Position numbers and translations under genes: made by a program
From: Dehalococcoidia bacterium
GTDB taxonomy: Bacteria > Chloroflexota > Dehalococcoidia > E44-bin15
Reading direction: 5' to 3'
Assembly (NCBI GenBank): GCA_030610655.1
Contig: JAUWRG010000001.1
Coordinates: 175-64,174 of the forward strand
Length of the DNA: 64,000 nt
Notes under the pieces: generated by a model
The model's database searches: none
What the model was told of the DNA's origin: nothing
The model's input: the letters and a program-made list of their open reading frames with translations, nothing else
Shown: positions 38,000 through 48,140 of the stretch, one piece after another
Layout of the letters: each line of letters begins with the position of its first letter
How positions within the stretch are numbered: position 1 is the first letter of the stretch

Positions 38000-38653
38000 T
38001 TGATAAAGGCTGACCTTCACATTCACACTGGTTACTCCCCAGATTGCAGCACACCGCTGGCAAAGATAATCGAACGCTGTCTCAAAATTGGCATCAACTG
38101 CGTCGCCATAACCGACCATAATACCATTGCTGGTGCCCTAGATATGAAGAGGCTGGCCCCTTTCAAAGTCATTGTTGGAGAGGAGATCGAGACGCTTACC
38201 GGAGAGGTCATCGGGTACTTTCTCAGCGAAGAGATCCCCAAAGGGCTTACCGCTGAGGAAACCGCCATCAGAATTAAGAAGCAAGGTGGTGCAGTGTGCA
38301 TCCCCCACCCTTTCGACAGATTTCGTATGTCCGCTCTTCAGCGCCAGAGCATGGAGAAACTTTTGCCTTACATTGACATCATTGAGGTGTTCAATTCGCG
38401 CCTTCTTCTGCTTCGCCACGCCGCCAAGGCCGAGCACTTCGCTCAGGCTCACCGGCTTCTTTCGAGCGCCGGCAGCGATGCCCACACCTCCTCTGAAGTG
38501 GGCAACGCCTACGTGGAGATGCCAGATTTCAACGATAAAGACCACTTCCTCGCCGCTCTAACACAGGGCAAAATAGTCGGCAGGAGATCCGGCCTTCTGG
38601 TGCGCCTGCATAGCAACTGGGCCAAACTGCGGAAGGTTCCAAAAGGCCAGTAA
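38000..38653 (+). CDS. PHP-domain phosphoesterase
   Basis: HIHTGYSPDC ... AITDHNT histidine motifs. Confidence 0.7.
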   Translation: MIKADLHIHTGYSPDCSTPLAKIIERCLKIGINCVAITDHNTIAGALDMKRLAPFKVIVGEEIETLTGEVIGYFLSEEIPKGLTAEETAIRIKKQGGAVCIPHPFDRFRMSALQRQSMEKLLPYIDIIEVFNSRLLLLRHAAKAEHFAQAHRLLSSAGSDAHTSSEVGNAYVEMPDFNDKDHFLAALTQGKIVGRRSGLLVRLHSNWAKLRKVPKGQ

Positions 38654-38727
38654 ACTGAGAAGCCTAAAGGCTGTTCCAATCCTAGCCGCCCAGTAGAGTC
38701 GAGGCGTAGGGTTCGAGAAAATGTAAA

Positions 38728-39561
38728 ATGGGCGAAGACAGTAAGTACAGGATCGGATGGTTTTCCACAGGACGGGATAAGGCAGCCCGTGCCCTTCTTC
38801 AAACTGCTTATACCAGCATAGAGCGGGGTGAGATAAAAGCCGAGATCTGCTTCGTTTTCAGCAACCGCGAAGAGGGCGAAAAAAAGGAAAGCGACCACTT
38901 CTTCCATCTGGTTCGCACCTATCAGATACCACTTATTACCCTCTCATCTCGTAAATTCAAGGAGAAGTTCGGAGAAGAATGGCGGCCCAGGTTCGAACAG
39001 GAAGCAATGAGAAGGCTTGAGGTTTACAAACTCGACCTTTGCGTGCTTGCCGGCTATATGCTCATCGTCGGTGAGGAGATGTGCCAGCGCTATCCCATGA
39101 TTAACCTTCACCCCGCCGCCCCCGGCGGTCCCTGTGGAACATGGCAAGAGGTTATCTGGAAGCTGATCGAGGATCACGCAACAGAGACCGGTGTGATGAT
39201 GCATGTGGTAACCCCAGAGCTGGACCAAGGCCCGCCGGTAACCTACTGCCGATTCCCCATAAAGGGTGAGCCATTCGATAGATACTGGGAAGAGATAAAG
39301 GGGCATGACATAGCCCAGGTTAAGGCCGAGCAGGGCGAGACAAATCCCCTCTTCCAGGAGATCAGAAAACACGGTTTGGCAAGGGAGTTCCCTCTGATAA
39401 TTGCCACCATCAAAGCCTTCAGCGAGGGCAGGGTGAAGATTGAGAGCGGAAGAGTTCTTGACAGCAGTGGAAAACCGATAAAGGAATATGATCTCACAGC
39501 GGAAATCCTTATCGGAGGCTGCCCACCAGCGAATCACGGCTGTGAAGCAGGTTGCAAATAG
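38728..39561 (+). CDS. formyltransferase-family protein (PurN/Fmt-like N domain with a C-terminal extension)
   Basis: LAGYMLIVGEE...INLHPA formyltransferase motif. Confidence 0.55.
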   Translation: MGEDSKYRIGWFSTGRDKAARALLQTAYTSIERGEIKAEICFVFSNREEGEKKESDHFFHLVRTYQIPLITLSSRKFKEKFGEEWRPRFEQEAMRRLEVYKLDLCVLAGYMLIVGEEMCQRYPMINLHPAAPGGPCGTWQEVIWKLIEDHATETGVMMHVVTPELDQGPPVTYCRFPIKGEPFDRYWEEIKGHDIAQVKAEQGETNPLFQEIRKHGLAREFPLIIATIKAFSEGRVKIESGRVLDSSGKPIKEYDLTAEILIGGCPPANHGCEAGCK

Positions 39562-39654
39562 CGGGTAGCCTGGAGCATCAGCTCCAGGCACGATTGGAGC
39601 CGATGCTCCAATCCACCCGAGACAAAATATGAGAATCTATTTTCGAACAATAGA

Positions 39655-40644
39655 ATGGAAAAAATGAACCTGATTTTCTTTGACATGGAGGGTCCGCTAT
39701 CGGTTCAGGACAATGCCTACGAGCTGATGAAGCTCTTCCCCGATGGAGGCAAAGTCTTTGAGGTCATCAGCCGCTACGACGACCTTCTCGCCCTCGAGGG
39801 CAGGGAAGGCTACGAGCCCGGAGATACCCTGGCCCTCATCGTCCCATTTCTGGTCTGCCACAGCCTTTCCCTGAGGGACATCGAGGGGCTTGCCGATAGG
39901 GCATTCATCGTTGATGGCGCCCGTGAGCTTATCAACAGCCTGAAGGATTGGCATGTCTTCTGCATCAGCACCAGCTATGAGCAATACGCCAGCCGCATCG
40001 TCAGGAGAGTGGGCATTGCACAAGAGAATGTCGCCTGCACAAGATTTGACGTCAAGCGCTACCAAAGCTTGGCAAAGGAAGGCGACCTCGCTATAGTTAG
40101 AGACATAGAGCGGGAAATCTTGACGATTAAACTTGGGGATGACGAAAGTATGAAAAAGCGCCTCGACCACTTCTTCTGGGTGGAGTTGCCCAGAACAAGC
40201 CTCGGCCTGGCACTAGAAGAGGTTAAGCCAATGGGTGGCCGAAGGAAGGCAGGGGCGCTTCAAAGATTTGTCCAGGCATATGGTGGATCCCTGGAGAGAA
40301 CGGTTGCTGTCGGCGACAGCATCACCGATGCCAGTATGCTCGAAGCAGTGAATAACGCCGGGGGCCTCGCCATCGCCTTCAATGCCAATGAATATTGCCT
40401 GCCATACGCCACCATAGGCCTCGCCTCCACAAACATCGGCGATTTGCGGACCGCCCTCGATGCCTGGGAACAAGGTGGGCGGGAAACTGTGGAAACGATC
40501 ATAAGGGAAAAAGAAAAGGGCGGCGGCAAAGGAGATAGGGAGAATTTTCACTGGCTTGAGGGACGCAGCGACCTAAAAGAGCCTCTGGAGATTCATAAAA
40601 GGACTCGCCGTATAGTTCGACAGGAAGCTGGCAAACTGGGCTAG
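39655..40644 (+). CDS. HAD-superfamily hydrolase-like protein
   Basis: C-terminal VAVGDSITDASML (HAD motif IV-like); atypical motif I FFDMEGPL. Confidence 0.45.
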   Translation: MEKMNLIFFDMEGPLSVQDNAYELMKLFPDGGKVFEVISRYDDLLALEGREGYEPGDTLALIVPFLVCHSLSLRDIEGLADRAFIVDGARELINSLKDWHVFCISTSYEQYASRIVRRVGIAQENVACTRFDVKRYQSLAKEGDLAIVRDIEREILTIKLGDDESMKKRLDHFFWVELPRTSLGLALEEVKPMGGRRKAGALQRFVQAYGGSLERTVAVGDSITDASMLEAVNNAGGLAIAFNANEYCLPYATIGLASTNIGDLRTALDAWEQGGRETVETIIREKEKGGGKGDRENFHWLEGRSDLKEPLEIHKRTRRIVRQEAGKLG

Positions 40645-40724
40645 GAGAATACAACGTAGCGCGAGGCTTCAGCCTCGCAAAGAAGCCCCGATTTATCGGG
40701 GCGCTACAAAGAGGGCGAAACAAT

Positions 40725-41687
40725 ATGAATGCCATTGAGGTGATAGGCTTTGGGGCGCTCAATATGGACCATATCTACAAGGTCGAGCGCATTCTGATCG
40801 ATGGCGAGGCTCCCGTAGCAGACTACCATGTAGCGCTAGGAGGCTCAGCAGCAAATACCATCTATGGCTTAGCCAAGCTGGGAGTGAGGACAGGCTTCCT
40901 TGGCGTTGTGGGAGACGATGAGCAAGGCGACATGCTGTTGAGAGACCTCGAGAATGTAGGGGTCGATACGGGGCAAATCAGGTTGAAAGAAATGAAAACG
41001 GGCGCCACCTTTTGTCTCACCGACAAAAGGGGAAAGAGAGCCCTCTATATATTGCCCGGTGCCAATAGCTCGCTTTCAAGCGAAGACATAGACCCACTCT
41101 ATGTAAAACAAGCGAAATTGCTCCACCTGTCCTCCTTCGTCGATGAGAGGCAAATGGATGTTCAGAAACAGCTAATAGAGACGATACCACCCTCAGTTAA
41201 GGTGAGCTTCGCCCCAGGGACAATATATGCTGCCAAGGGACTAGAAGCTATCGCCCAGATAATTAAGAGAACCCACATCCTTTTCATCAATCGAAGGGAA
41301 GTTGAGGAGCTAACTGGTGAGAGCTTTCAAAGCGGAGCCCAGACGCTCCTCAACCAAGGGTGTCAAATTGTTGCCATCACCCTCGGGGGAGGGATAACCA
41401 AGGGGAAGACTACGGCAACTTGCTACATTGTAAGTAGTGAAGGTGAGTTTACCATCGAGGCCCGGGAAGCCAAGAAACCCAGAGGGGATACTGTTGGCGC
41501 TGGGGATGCCTTCGCCGCCGGCTTTCTCTTCGGCTTTTTGAGCGGCAAAGAGCTTAAGGAATGTGGATATATGGGCCACTTTGTTGCCGCCTTCTCCACC
41601 ACCAAGATCGGAGCCCGCGCCGGGCTCCCCGTTCTCGACGAGCTTAGCCAATATTACATGGAAAAGCGTGAAAACCCTCTCTCATAA
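40725..41687 (+). CDS. PfkB-family carbohydrate kinase
   Basis: GAGDAFAAGFLFG signature and ribokinase-like N-terminal GG motif. Confidence 0.8.
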   Translation: MNAIEVIGFGALNMDHIYKVERILIDGEAPVADYHVALGGSAANTIYGLAKLGVRTGFLGVVGDDEQGDMLLRDLENVGVDTGQIRLKEMKTGATFCLTDKRGKRALYILPGANSSLSSEDIDPLYVKQAKLLHLSSFVDERQMDVQKQLIETIPPSVKVSFAPGTIYAAKGLEAIAQIIKRTHILFINRREVEELTGESFQSGAQTLLNQGCQIVAITLGGGITKGKTTATCYIVSSEGEFTIEAREAKKPRGDTVGAGDAFAAGFLFGFLSGKELKECGYMGHFVAAFSTTKIGARAGLPVLDELSQYYMEKRENPLS

Positions 41688-41801
41688 TGTGGGGTTTAGA
41701 TCGCTTCATACTTTAAGTCTCTGCCCACCATGGGCTCTCGTTCACTTCTGAATCCAAGGTGCGAACAACACCACAAAAAGCTGCCTTCCGATCTTATCTT
41801 A

Positions 41802-42644
41802 TCACCCCTTGCTTGATACACTCCTGCGGCGCCATCGGGAAAGTCCAAGGGAAGCCAAAAACATGATGCCGCTGAAGAGGATGATGGTCGCCCCGGAAGC
41901 TATATCAAGCACATAGGAAAGCCACAGACCTGAAACAACAAACACAATGCTGAGGAGTGTTGAAAGAAGCATCATCTTCTTCAGGCTGCTGACAAACTGT
42001 CTGCTGATAGCTGCCGGAATGGTAAGCAGCGCTATGAGCAGTATGATGCCCACGGCCCGTATCAATACCACCACCGATAGCGCAATCAGGACTATAAGAA
42101 TGAGGTATAGCCATCCCGTTGGCACTCCTGATACCTTGGCAAACTCCTCATCGAAGGAGAGACTGAGAAACTCTTTAAAGAGTAGGGAAACCACCACAAG
42201 CATGAGCGCAGTCAGAGCCACCATGATAATCAGGTCGGAAAAAGACACGGACAGGATGTTGCCAAACAGATAGCCAAACAGGTCTGGAGCAAAGCCAGGA
42301 CTCAGGCCAATGAAGATAATCCCCAATGCCATACCTACAGCCCACAGGATGCCGATAGCCGTGTCTTCAGGTAGCCGGGTCCGCCTGCTAATGGCCCCGA
42401 CGCCCAGGGCGGCGCCAATGGCGAAAAGCATGGCACCTAATACGGGGTCAATACCCACCAGATAGCCTAGGCCGATGCCACCAAAGGCGGAGTGGGAGAT
42501 GCCACCGCTGATGAAGACCATGCGCCTTACCACCACGTATGTCCCGATAACCCCGCAGGTGATGCTGATCAGTATTCCCGCCATCAAGGCGCGTTGCATG
42601 AATCCATACTGAAGTATTTCCATTGTCGGCTTAGCCGTGCTCAC
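41802..42644 (-). CDS. znuB: metal (Zn/Mn) ABC transporter permease
   Basis: 280-aa polytopic ZnuB/TroCD-like permease in an operon with an ATPase and a substrate-binding protein. Confidence 0.8.
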   Translation of the reverse strand: MSTAKPTMEILQYGFMQRALMAGILISITCGVIGTYVVVRRMVFISGGISHSAFGGIGLGYLVGIDPVLGAMLFAIGAALGVGAISRRTRLPEDTAIGILWAVGMALGIIFIGLSPGFAPDLFGYLFGNILSVSFSDLIIMVALTALMLVVVSLLFKEFLSLSFDEEFAKVSGVPTGWLYLILIVLIALSVVVLIRAVGIILLIALLTIPAAISRQFVSSLKKMMLLSTLLSIVFVVSGLWLSYVLDIASGATIILFSGIMFLASLGLSRWRRRSVSSKG

Positions 42645-43410
42645 TTAGAACTCGATGAGGAACACCATGAGCTATTAGCTCAATAGGACATTGGTATACT
42701 GCCTCCAGATCCTCGGCCGATATTTCCTTGGAGTGGTGGTAGAAAAGCTTACGGTTGAGGCACCCCACCGTATCTACATAGATGGAAACAGCGCTCAAAT
42801 CGTGGGTTACCAGGACTATCGCCATTCTCTGCTTTAGCCTATTCAAAAGCTCATAGAATTCCTCCATCATCGGCGCATCAACGCTTGCCGTCGGCTCATC
42901 GAGAAGCAATAACTTCGGCTCAGATACCAGCGCCCTGGCGATAAAAACCCTTTGCTGCTGTCCCCCCGAAAGCCTCCCTATCTGCCGCCCTTTGAAGTCG
43001 AGCATCTCTACCATCTCCAAAACATTGAGGGCTGCTTTCTTATCCTCCTCACTGTACCGCCTGAAGCGTCCTACCTGCCCCAGGCGCCCCATCAGCACCA
43101 CATCCCACACGCTCGCCGGGAAGTCCCGATCAAAAAGGCTGTATTGAGGAACATAGCCCACGAATCTCCGCCCTCTCTCAGGCGTACTCCCTAAAACGGT
43201 AACTTTCCCCTGGCTTGGTCTTATCAGGCCGAGGACAACTTTGAGCAGCGTAGTCTTCCCACCGCCATTTGGACCTATCAATCCCAGAAAATCGTTCTGG
43301 TACACTGACAGGTCTATCCCCTCGAGAATAGCCACGCCATCGAAGCGCACCCACACATCCTCAAGCCTCACTACCTCTTCAGTAGCCACGTTTACCACAC
43401 CGTTAGACAT
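42631..43410 (-). CDS. znuC: metal ABC transporter ATP-binding protein
   Basis: Walker A GPNGGGKTT, signature LSGGQQQRV, Walker B LLLDEP. Confidence 0.85.
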   Translation of the reverse strand: MSNGVVNVATEEVVRLEDVWVRFDGVAILEGIDLSVYQNDFLGLIGPNGGGKTTLLKVVLGLIRPSQGKVTVLGSTPERGRRFVGYVPQYSLFDRDFPASVWDVVLMGRLGQVGRFRRYSEEDKKAALNVLEMVEMLDFKGRQIGRLSGGQQQRVFIARALVSEPKLLLLDEPTASVDAPMMEEFYELLNRLKQRMAIVLVTHDLSAVSIYVDTVGCLNRKLFYHHSKEISAEDLEAVYQCPIELIAHGVPHRVLSEHG

Positions 43411-43428
43411 TGCATGTCATCCTCAAGC

Positions 43429-44334
43429 TCAATCTTCAAACTCCAAAACAAGGGCATCTGCTATACGCCCCATATTGGCGATGTAGTTCTCTGCCAGCGG
43501 GTCCATTGGAGCTGTTTGCCCACCGATCTCATCGGCAATGGTTTCACAATCATCGGTTACAAACTGCAGCGCAACAAACATGTAGTCCAGGTCGTATAAC
43601 CTCGCCTTGTCTATGCAATCTTGGATAACCTGTGGTGTGGGCTCCTTACCGCCACGCTCGACTGCAAGCTGCGTCAGGCCATATTCTCTGGCAAAATATC
43701 CGAAAGAAGGATGATATATCATGAAGCTTCGGTTGGTGAACCCATCAAGCTTATAGTGGATATATCCATCTAGAATGTCTAACTCTTTCAGGTAATCGTC
43801 CCGATTCTTAGCATAGAAGTTGGCATTAACTGGATCAACTTTGGCAAGCCCACTACAGATATTCTCTACCATAATCTTGGCGTTGACCGGTGAATTCCAG
43901 ATATGAGGGTCCGCTCCAATCAATTCGACACCCACAGAGCTGTCGACAACCAGCATATCACAGTTTGCCTCTATGACCTCATCCATCCACTCTAGCTCAA
44001 ACTCCACCCCCGAGCCTACCTTGACATACATATCAGCCTCGCTCACCGCCACCATCTGGCTGGGGATAGGCTCATAGGTATGAGGGCTTGCCCCCGGCGG
44101 CACCATAACCGTAACATCTACCTTGTCCCCTCCAACATTCTCCACAAAATCCCCCAGCGGAACCAAGGTGACAACCACCCCTATCTTGCCAGTGTCTCCC
44201 TTTTCTGGCCCACATGAAATGGCAGACGCCGTTAGCGCTATGGCAAGCACCAGAGCTAAAACTAGCCAAGCCAATCTAGCAAACCTGTATTTCTGCGTCA
44301 CCCTTCCCCCTCCAAAGTTCCACGTCGTCATCAT
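43429..44334 (-). CDS. znuA: metal ABC transporter substrate-binding protein (ZnuA/TroA family), likely lipoprotein
   Basis: Signal peptide with Cys; cluster-9 SBP fold motifs. Confidence 0.75.
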   Translation of the reverse strand: MMTTWNFGGGRVTQKYRFARLAWLVLALVLAIALTASAISCGPEKGDTGKIGVVVTLVPLGDFVENVGGDKVDVTVMVPPGASPHTYEPIPSQMVAVSEADMYVKVGSGVEFELEWMDEVIEANCDMLVVDSSVGVELIGADPHIWNSPVNAKIMVENICSGLAKVDPVNANFYAKNRDDYLKELDILDGYIHYKLDGFTNRSFMIYHPSFGYFAREYGLTQLAVERGGKEPTPQVIQDCIDKARLYDLDYMFVALQFVTDDCETIADEIGGQTAPMDPLAENYIANMGRIADALVLEFED

Positions 44335-45215
44335 TATCGGAATTTGGGCTCCGAACCGTTCGATATACTGGCTCCCGCTGAGAAGCCACCAGTAGCATTA
44401 TTCAAGTCCTGAGATTCCCCATTCGGCTCTACCTGCTTGCTGATCCAACGCGTTTTCCAGATGAGAAACGGGACGGTGATAGCCAGCACACAGAGCGCTA
44501 TGATTTGCCCCTCGTGGATCCCATCGAAAATCGGGTGTGTGTCCCCGCGAAGAAACCTGATGCCAAAGGCACCAATGGAATACAGCGCCAGATACATTGC
44601 AAACAGCGATCCCTTCGGCCTCAAATGGCCTCGAAAGACCCAGAAAAGAAGGGCAAAGACAACCAAGTCCCATAGCAACTCATACGCCTGGGTAGGGTGA
44701 ACTGCGACGCCCAGAGGAGCAGCGGTATTTGGGTTCATGTAGACATAGGCCCATGGCAGCAAAGTCGGTTGTCCATAGCAGCAGCCATTTATGTTGCAGC
44801 CGATTCTCCCTATCGCCTGTGCCAAGATGACACCAGGCGCAGCCACGTCAACCAGCGGAGCAAAAGGCACCCGTCTCACCCTGCAATATATCCACACCCC
44901 CAGCATCCCACCCAGTATTGCCCCATATATGGTCATCCCCTCAAAGCCGATAATCGCCCGCGGGTCTGACATGTATATGTCCAGTCTATCGACAACATGT
45001 ATCAACCTAGATACCACTATTGCCGAAACGATGGCCCACGGGGCTGCGTTGAGGATGAAGTTACCCGTTATTCCTGCTCTCTTGCCCGCTTGCCAAATCC
45101 ACAGGCAAATGAACAGAACGGCGAGCACCACTAATATCCCATACCACCTTACGGAGACAGAGCCGATGGTGAATGCTACAGGGTCAATTCCTATCACAAT
45201 AGACATTAACGCCAT
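44334..45215 (-). CDS. lgt: prolipoprotein diacylglyceryl transferase
   Basis: DPVAFTIGSVSVRWYGILVVLAV aligns with the E. coli Lgt N-terminus; 7-TM protein. Confidence 0.8.
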   Translation of the reverse strand: MALMSIVIGIDPVAFTIGSVSVRWYGILVVLAVLFICLWIWQAGKRAGITGNFILNAAPWAIVSAIVVSRLIHVVDRLDIYMSDPRAIIGFEGMTIYGAILGGMLGVWIYCRVRRVPFAPLVDVAAPGVILAQAIGRIGCNINGCCYGQPTLLPWAYVYMNPNTAAPLGVAVHPTQAYELLWDLVVFALLFWVFRGHLRPKGSLFAMYLALYSIGAFGIRFLRGDTHPIFDGIHEGQIIALCVLAITVPFLIWKTRWISKQVEPNGESQDLNNATGGFSAGASISNGSEPKFR

Positions 45216-45291
45216 TTTTCAGCACTAGTTGAATATTACTTTCAATAAAAAGATCAAAATAACGCTGCTCTTGGAGCAGTGTCAAATAGAA

Positions 45292-45723
45292 CTATGTGGA
45301 GGCTGCCTTCTGGCAGCTCGGGCAGCAACCTATAAATTCAAGGAGGTGACTCTCAACCTCAAAGCCAGTCTCTCTGGACAGCCTCTTCTCCAGTTCACCT
45401 AGACGGCATCCGGTAAAGTCAACAACCTTGCCACAATCGGAGCAGATCAGATGATGGTGATGCTCCGATGGTCTAGTTAGCAAATAGCTGCGGCGGCCAT
45501 CTTCAGCGTGCACTTCACAGATAAGGCCAAGCTTATCGAGTATGTCAAGGGTGCGATACACAGTGACCAGCCCAATGCCGGTATACTCTTTATGTGCCCT
45601 CTCGTATATGTCTGCAGGGGTAAGATGCTCCTGGCTATCCACAATAACCCGCAATATTGCCCGCCGCTGCGGAGTTACCTTATAACCCCGCCGCCTTAGT
45701 AGAGTAATTACCCTTCTCACCAC
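45292..45723 (-). CDS. zur: Fur-family metalloregulator, probably Zur
   Basis: HHHHLICSDCGKVVDF ... CCPSC metal sites; located upstream of lgt-znuACB. Confidence 0.75.
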   Translation of the reverse strand: MVRRVITLLRRRGYKVTPQRRAILRVIVDSQEHLTPADIYERAHKEYTGIGLVTVYRTLDILDKLGLICEVHAEDGRRSYLLTRPSEHHHHLICSDCGKVVDFTGCRLGELEKRLSRETGFEVESHLLEFIGCCPSCQKAAST

Positions 45724-45740
45724 ATCTAACTTCCAATTCT

Positions 45741-45761
45741 AAATGAAAATCATTTTCATTT
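45741..45761. promoter_or_regulatory. candidate Zur/Fur box (perfect 21-bp palindrome) upstream of zur
   Basis: AAATGAAAATCATTTTCATTT begins 18 bp upstream of the zur start codon. Confidence 0.55.
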
Positions 45762-46046
45762 ACTACAATAACAAAATTACTCAACATGGTCAATATGTCA
45801 CGGAGCATTCTTTCAGAGGCAGACTATATCCTTATAAGAATCCCTAAAAATGTAGCGCGTCCTTCTTCGAAGGATAGCCTCGCTTAAAACAACCCTGAGG
45901 GGTCGCACTACGAAAATTCCTTGGGGGGCTGAAACACCTACAAACTGCCTAAATTCAAAGAGGCATCAGAATTAAACAGCCTTAAATGAAGATACCTATC
46001 CCTCTCTATGTTCGAGCTTCCTCGGTTAGACCTGAGGTGCCATTTT

Positions 46047-46649
46047 CTAAGCCTCTGGCCTCGTCAGGATCTCGTCCACCAGCCCGTATTCCACCGCTTG
46101 CTCTGCACTAAGATAAAAGTCGCGGTCGGTATCCCTGGCAATCTTGTCATATTCCTGACCAGTGTGCTTCACAATAATGCCACGCAGCATCTCCTGCATC
46201 CTTATGATCTCCTTAGCGGCGATGGCTATGTCTGCCGCCTGCCCCTGAGCACCACCCATAGGCTGGTGCAAGTGAATGGTTGAATGGGGCAGAGCGTAGC
46301 GCTTGCCTTTGGCACCAGCGCACAGAAGAACCGTCCCCATGCTGGCAGCTATTCCAACGCAGATGGTGGAGACATCGCATTTGACGAGCTGCATGGTATC
46401 GTAGATGGCAAGACCGGCGCTGATGATTCCACCAGGGCAGTGAACGTACATGCTGATATCATTCTCAGGGTCCTCCCGCTCCAGATATAGAAGCTCAGCG
46501 ATGATAAGGTTGGCTATTTGGTCATTGATCGGATTGCCCAAGAAGACTATCCGCTCCCTTACAAGCAGAGAGAATATATCAAGGGTTCTTTCCCCACGAG
46601 CACTCGTCTCTGTTACAAAAGGTATCACGCCCTTCGGCAAACTATCCAT
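46047..46649 (-). CDS. clpP: ATP-dependent Clp protease proteolytic subunit
   Basis: ClpP Ser-His-Asp region (GIAASMG, HQPMGG). Confidence 0.9.
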   Translation of the reverse strand: MDSLPKGVIPFVTETSARGERTLDIFSLLVRERIVFLGNPINDQIANLIIAELLYLEREDPENDISMYVHCPGGIISAGLAIYDTMQLVKCDVSTICVGIAASMGTVLLCAGAKGKRYALPHSTIHLHQPMGGAQGQAADIAIAAKEIIRMQEMLRGIIVKHTGQEYDKIARDTDRDFYLSAEQAVEYGLVDEILTRPEA

Positions 46650-48039
46650 CTTCCTCTCCTTCTTTCTCTAAGGATTCTGTACAACCAGCTTCATCCGCTT
46701 TCTCCAGGGATTCTGTAGAATCAGTCTCACTCCCTTCCTCCGATGATTCTGTAGAATCAGCTTCACCAGAGGCTATATCTACCAATCGCTTGACCGTATT
46801 TCTGGCAAGCAACATCTGCTGCAACGACCGGCGACCTATCGGGGACTTGAAGAACTCCCTCAGCTCGTCTCCCTTCTCACCCGCTGCTTGAGCCATCGTC
46901 TCGATCTCCCCATCGATCTCCTCATCACCCACCTCGATGTTCTCCTCCTCCGAAACCTTGCCCAGAACCAGAGAACGAGCAACCCGCTTCGTAGCTATTG
47001 GTCGGAGCTCCTCCCTCAGTTGCTCCCCACTCATCTTCATTCTCGTGAGGTAATCCTCCAAGCTCATCTTGTTTGCCCTCAGCTCCCTTTCCTGTTCACC
47101 GATGAGCCCATCAATATCGCGCTCCACCAAGACGGGAGGAAAATCCACCTGGGCCTGTTCCACCACTGCATCGATCGCCTTCTCCCCATAGTTTCTCCTC
47201 GCCTGCTCCTCAGCCATGCTTCGAAGGTTTGAGGCTATCCGCTCACGTAGCGCATCGAAGGTCTCAAATTCTTCACTGACACTTTTAGCAAATTCATCAT
47301 TGAGCTCGGGGAGTTTCTTCTCCTTGATCTCGCTTACCAGCACCTTGAACCAACACTCCTGTCCCGCAAGCTCACTCCTCTCATGGTCAGCGGGGAATGA
47401 GATAGTGAACTCCGCTTCCTTCCCTTTCTCTAATCCCACCAATTTTTCCGAAAACCCGGGCACCGGGAAGGCAAAATCCCGAAGCACCTGATATTGAATA
47501 TCTTCTCGCTTATCTAGAGATTCTTCTCCGACCTTACCTTCTACATCCATGGTCACCAGATCATCAGGTTGGACCGGTCGCTCCGCAGGAGCCCAGGGGG
47601 CATACTGCTGGCGAAGCTGCTCGATAACCTTATTAGCTTCCTCCTCTGCGACCTCAACCGGCTCTGGGTCGATCCTGATCTCTTTGTAGCTCCGCAGTTC
47701 CACAGTAGGGCTAACCGGCACTGTGGCTTTGAACGTCACCGGCTCAGTCTGGGTGATCTCTACCTCAGGCTGGGCGATTGGATTGAGCTCTTGCTCCTCG
47801 ATGGCCTGATTCAACAGCCTGGGTACAAGACGCTCGATAGCTTCTTGGAGAAGGGCCTCCCTGCCGATGTAGCGTTCGAACATCGCCCGTGGGGCCTTGC
47901 CCTTGCGAAAGCCCGGGATGTCGGCCCTCTTCACTAAACGGCGATAGGCCTCTTCAAGAGAGCGCTCTTCCTCCTCAGGCTCGACCTCAACCTCAAGAAC
48001 TACCTGGCTATTTTCAATTCTCTCTGCTTTTACCTTCAA
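46642..48039 (-). CDS. tig: trigger factor with an acidic C-terminal repeat tail
   Basis: N-terminal MKVKAERIENSQVVLEVEV, PPIase domain, C-terminal TESLEK repeats. Confidence 0.85.
   Translation of the reverse strand: MKVKAERIENSQVVLEVEVEPEEEERSLEEAYRRLVKRADIPGFRKGKAPRAMFERYIGREALLQEAIERLVPRLLNQAIEEQELNPIAQPEVEITQTEPVTFKATVPVSPTVELRSYKEIRIDPEPVEVAEEEANKVIEQLRQQYAPWAPAERPVQPDDLVTMDVEGKVGEESLDKREDIQYQVLRDFAFPVPGFSEKLVGLEKGKEAEFTISFPADHERSELAGQECWFKVLVSEIKEKKLPELNDEFAKSVSEEFETFDALRERIASNLRSMAEEQARRNYGEKAIDAVVEQAQVDFPPVLVERDIDGLIGEQERELRANKMSLEDYLTRMKMSGEQLREELRPIATKRVARSLVLGKVSEEENIEVGDEEIDGEIETMAQAAGEKGDELREFFKSPIGRRSLQQMLLARNTVKRLVDIASGEADSTESSEEGSETDSTESLEKADEAGCTESLEKEGEEDG
46672..46770. 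repeat. three imperfect ~33-bp tandem repeats inside the tig 3' end, encoding the acidic TESLEK-type tail
   Basis: GGATTCTGTACAACCAGCTTCATCC / GGATTCTGTAGAATCAGTCTCACTCC / GATTCTGTAGAATCAGCTTCACC. Confidence 0.6.
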
Positions 48040-48078
48040 CTTCCCCCCAGGAGATTATATCATGATAATCCTCATTTT

Positions 48079-48140
48079 GTCATTCTGAGCGAAGCGAAGG
48101 ATCTCGATACCCTTCGCTGCACCCAGGGTGACAATGAAGT
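48079..48140. repeat. intergenic repeat copy R4 (GTCATTCTGAGCGAAGCGAAGGATC-type)
   Basis: GTCATTCTGAGCGAAGCGAAGGATCTCGATACCCTTCGCTGC with internal GCGAAGG/CCTTCGC hairpin. Confidence 0.6.
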
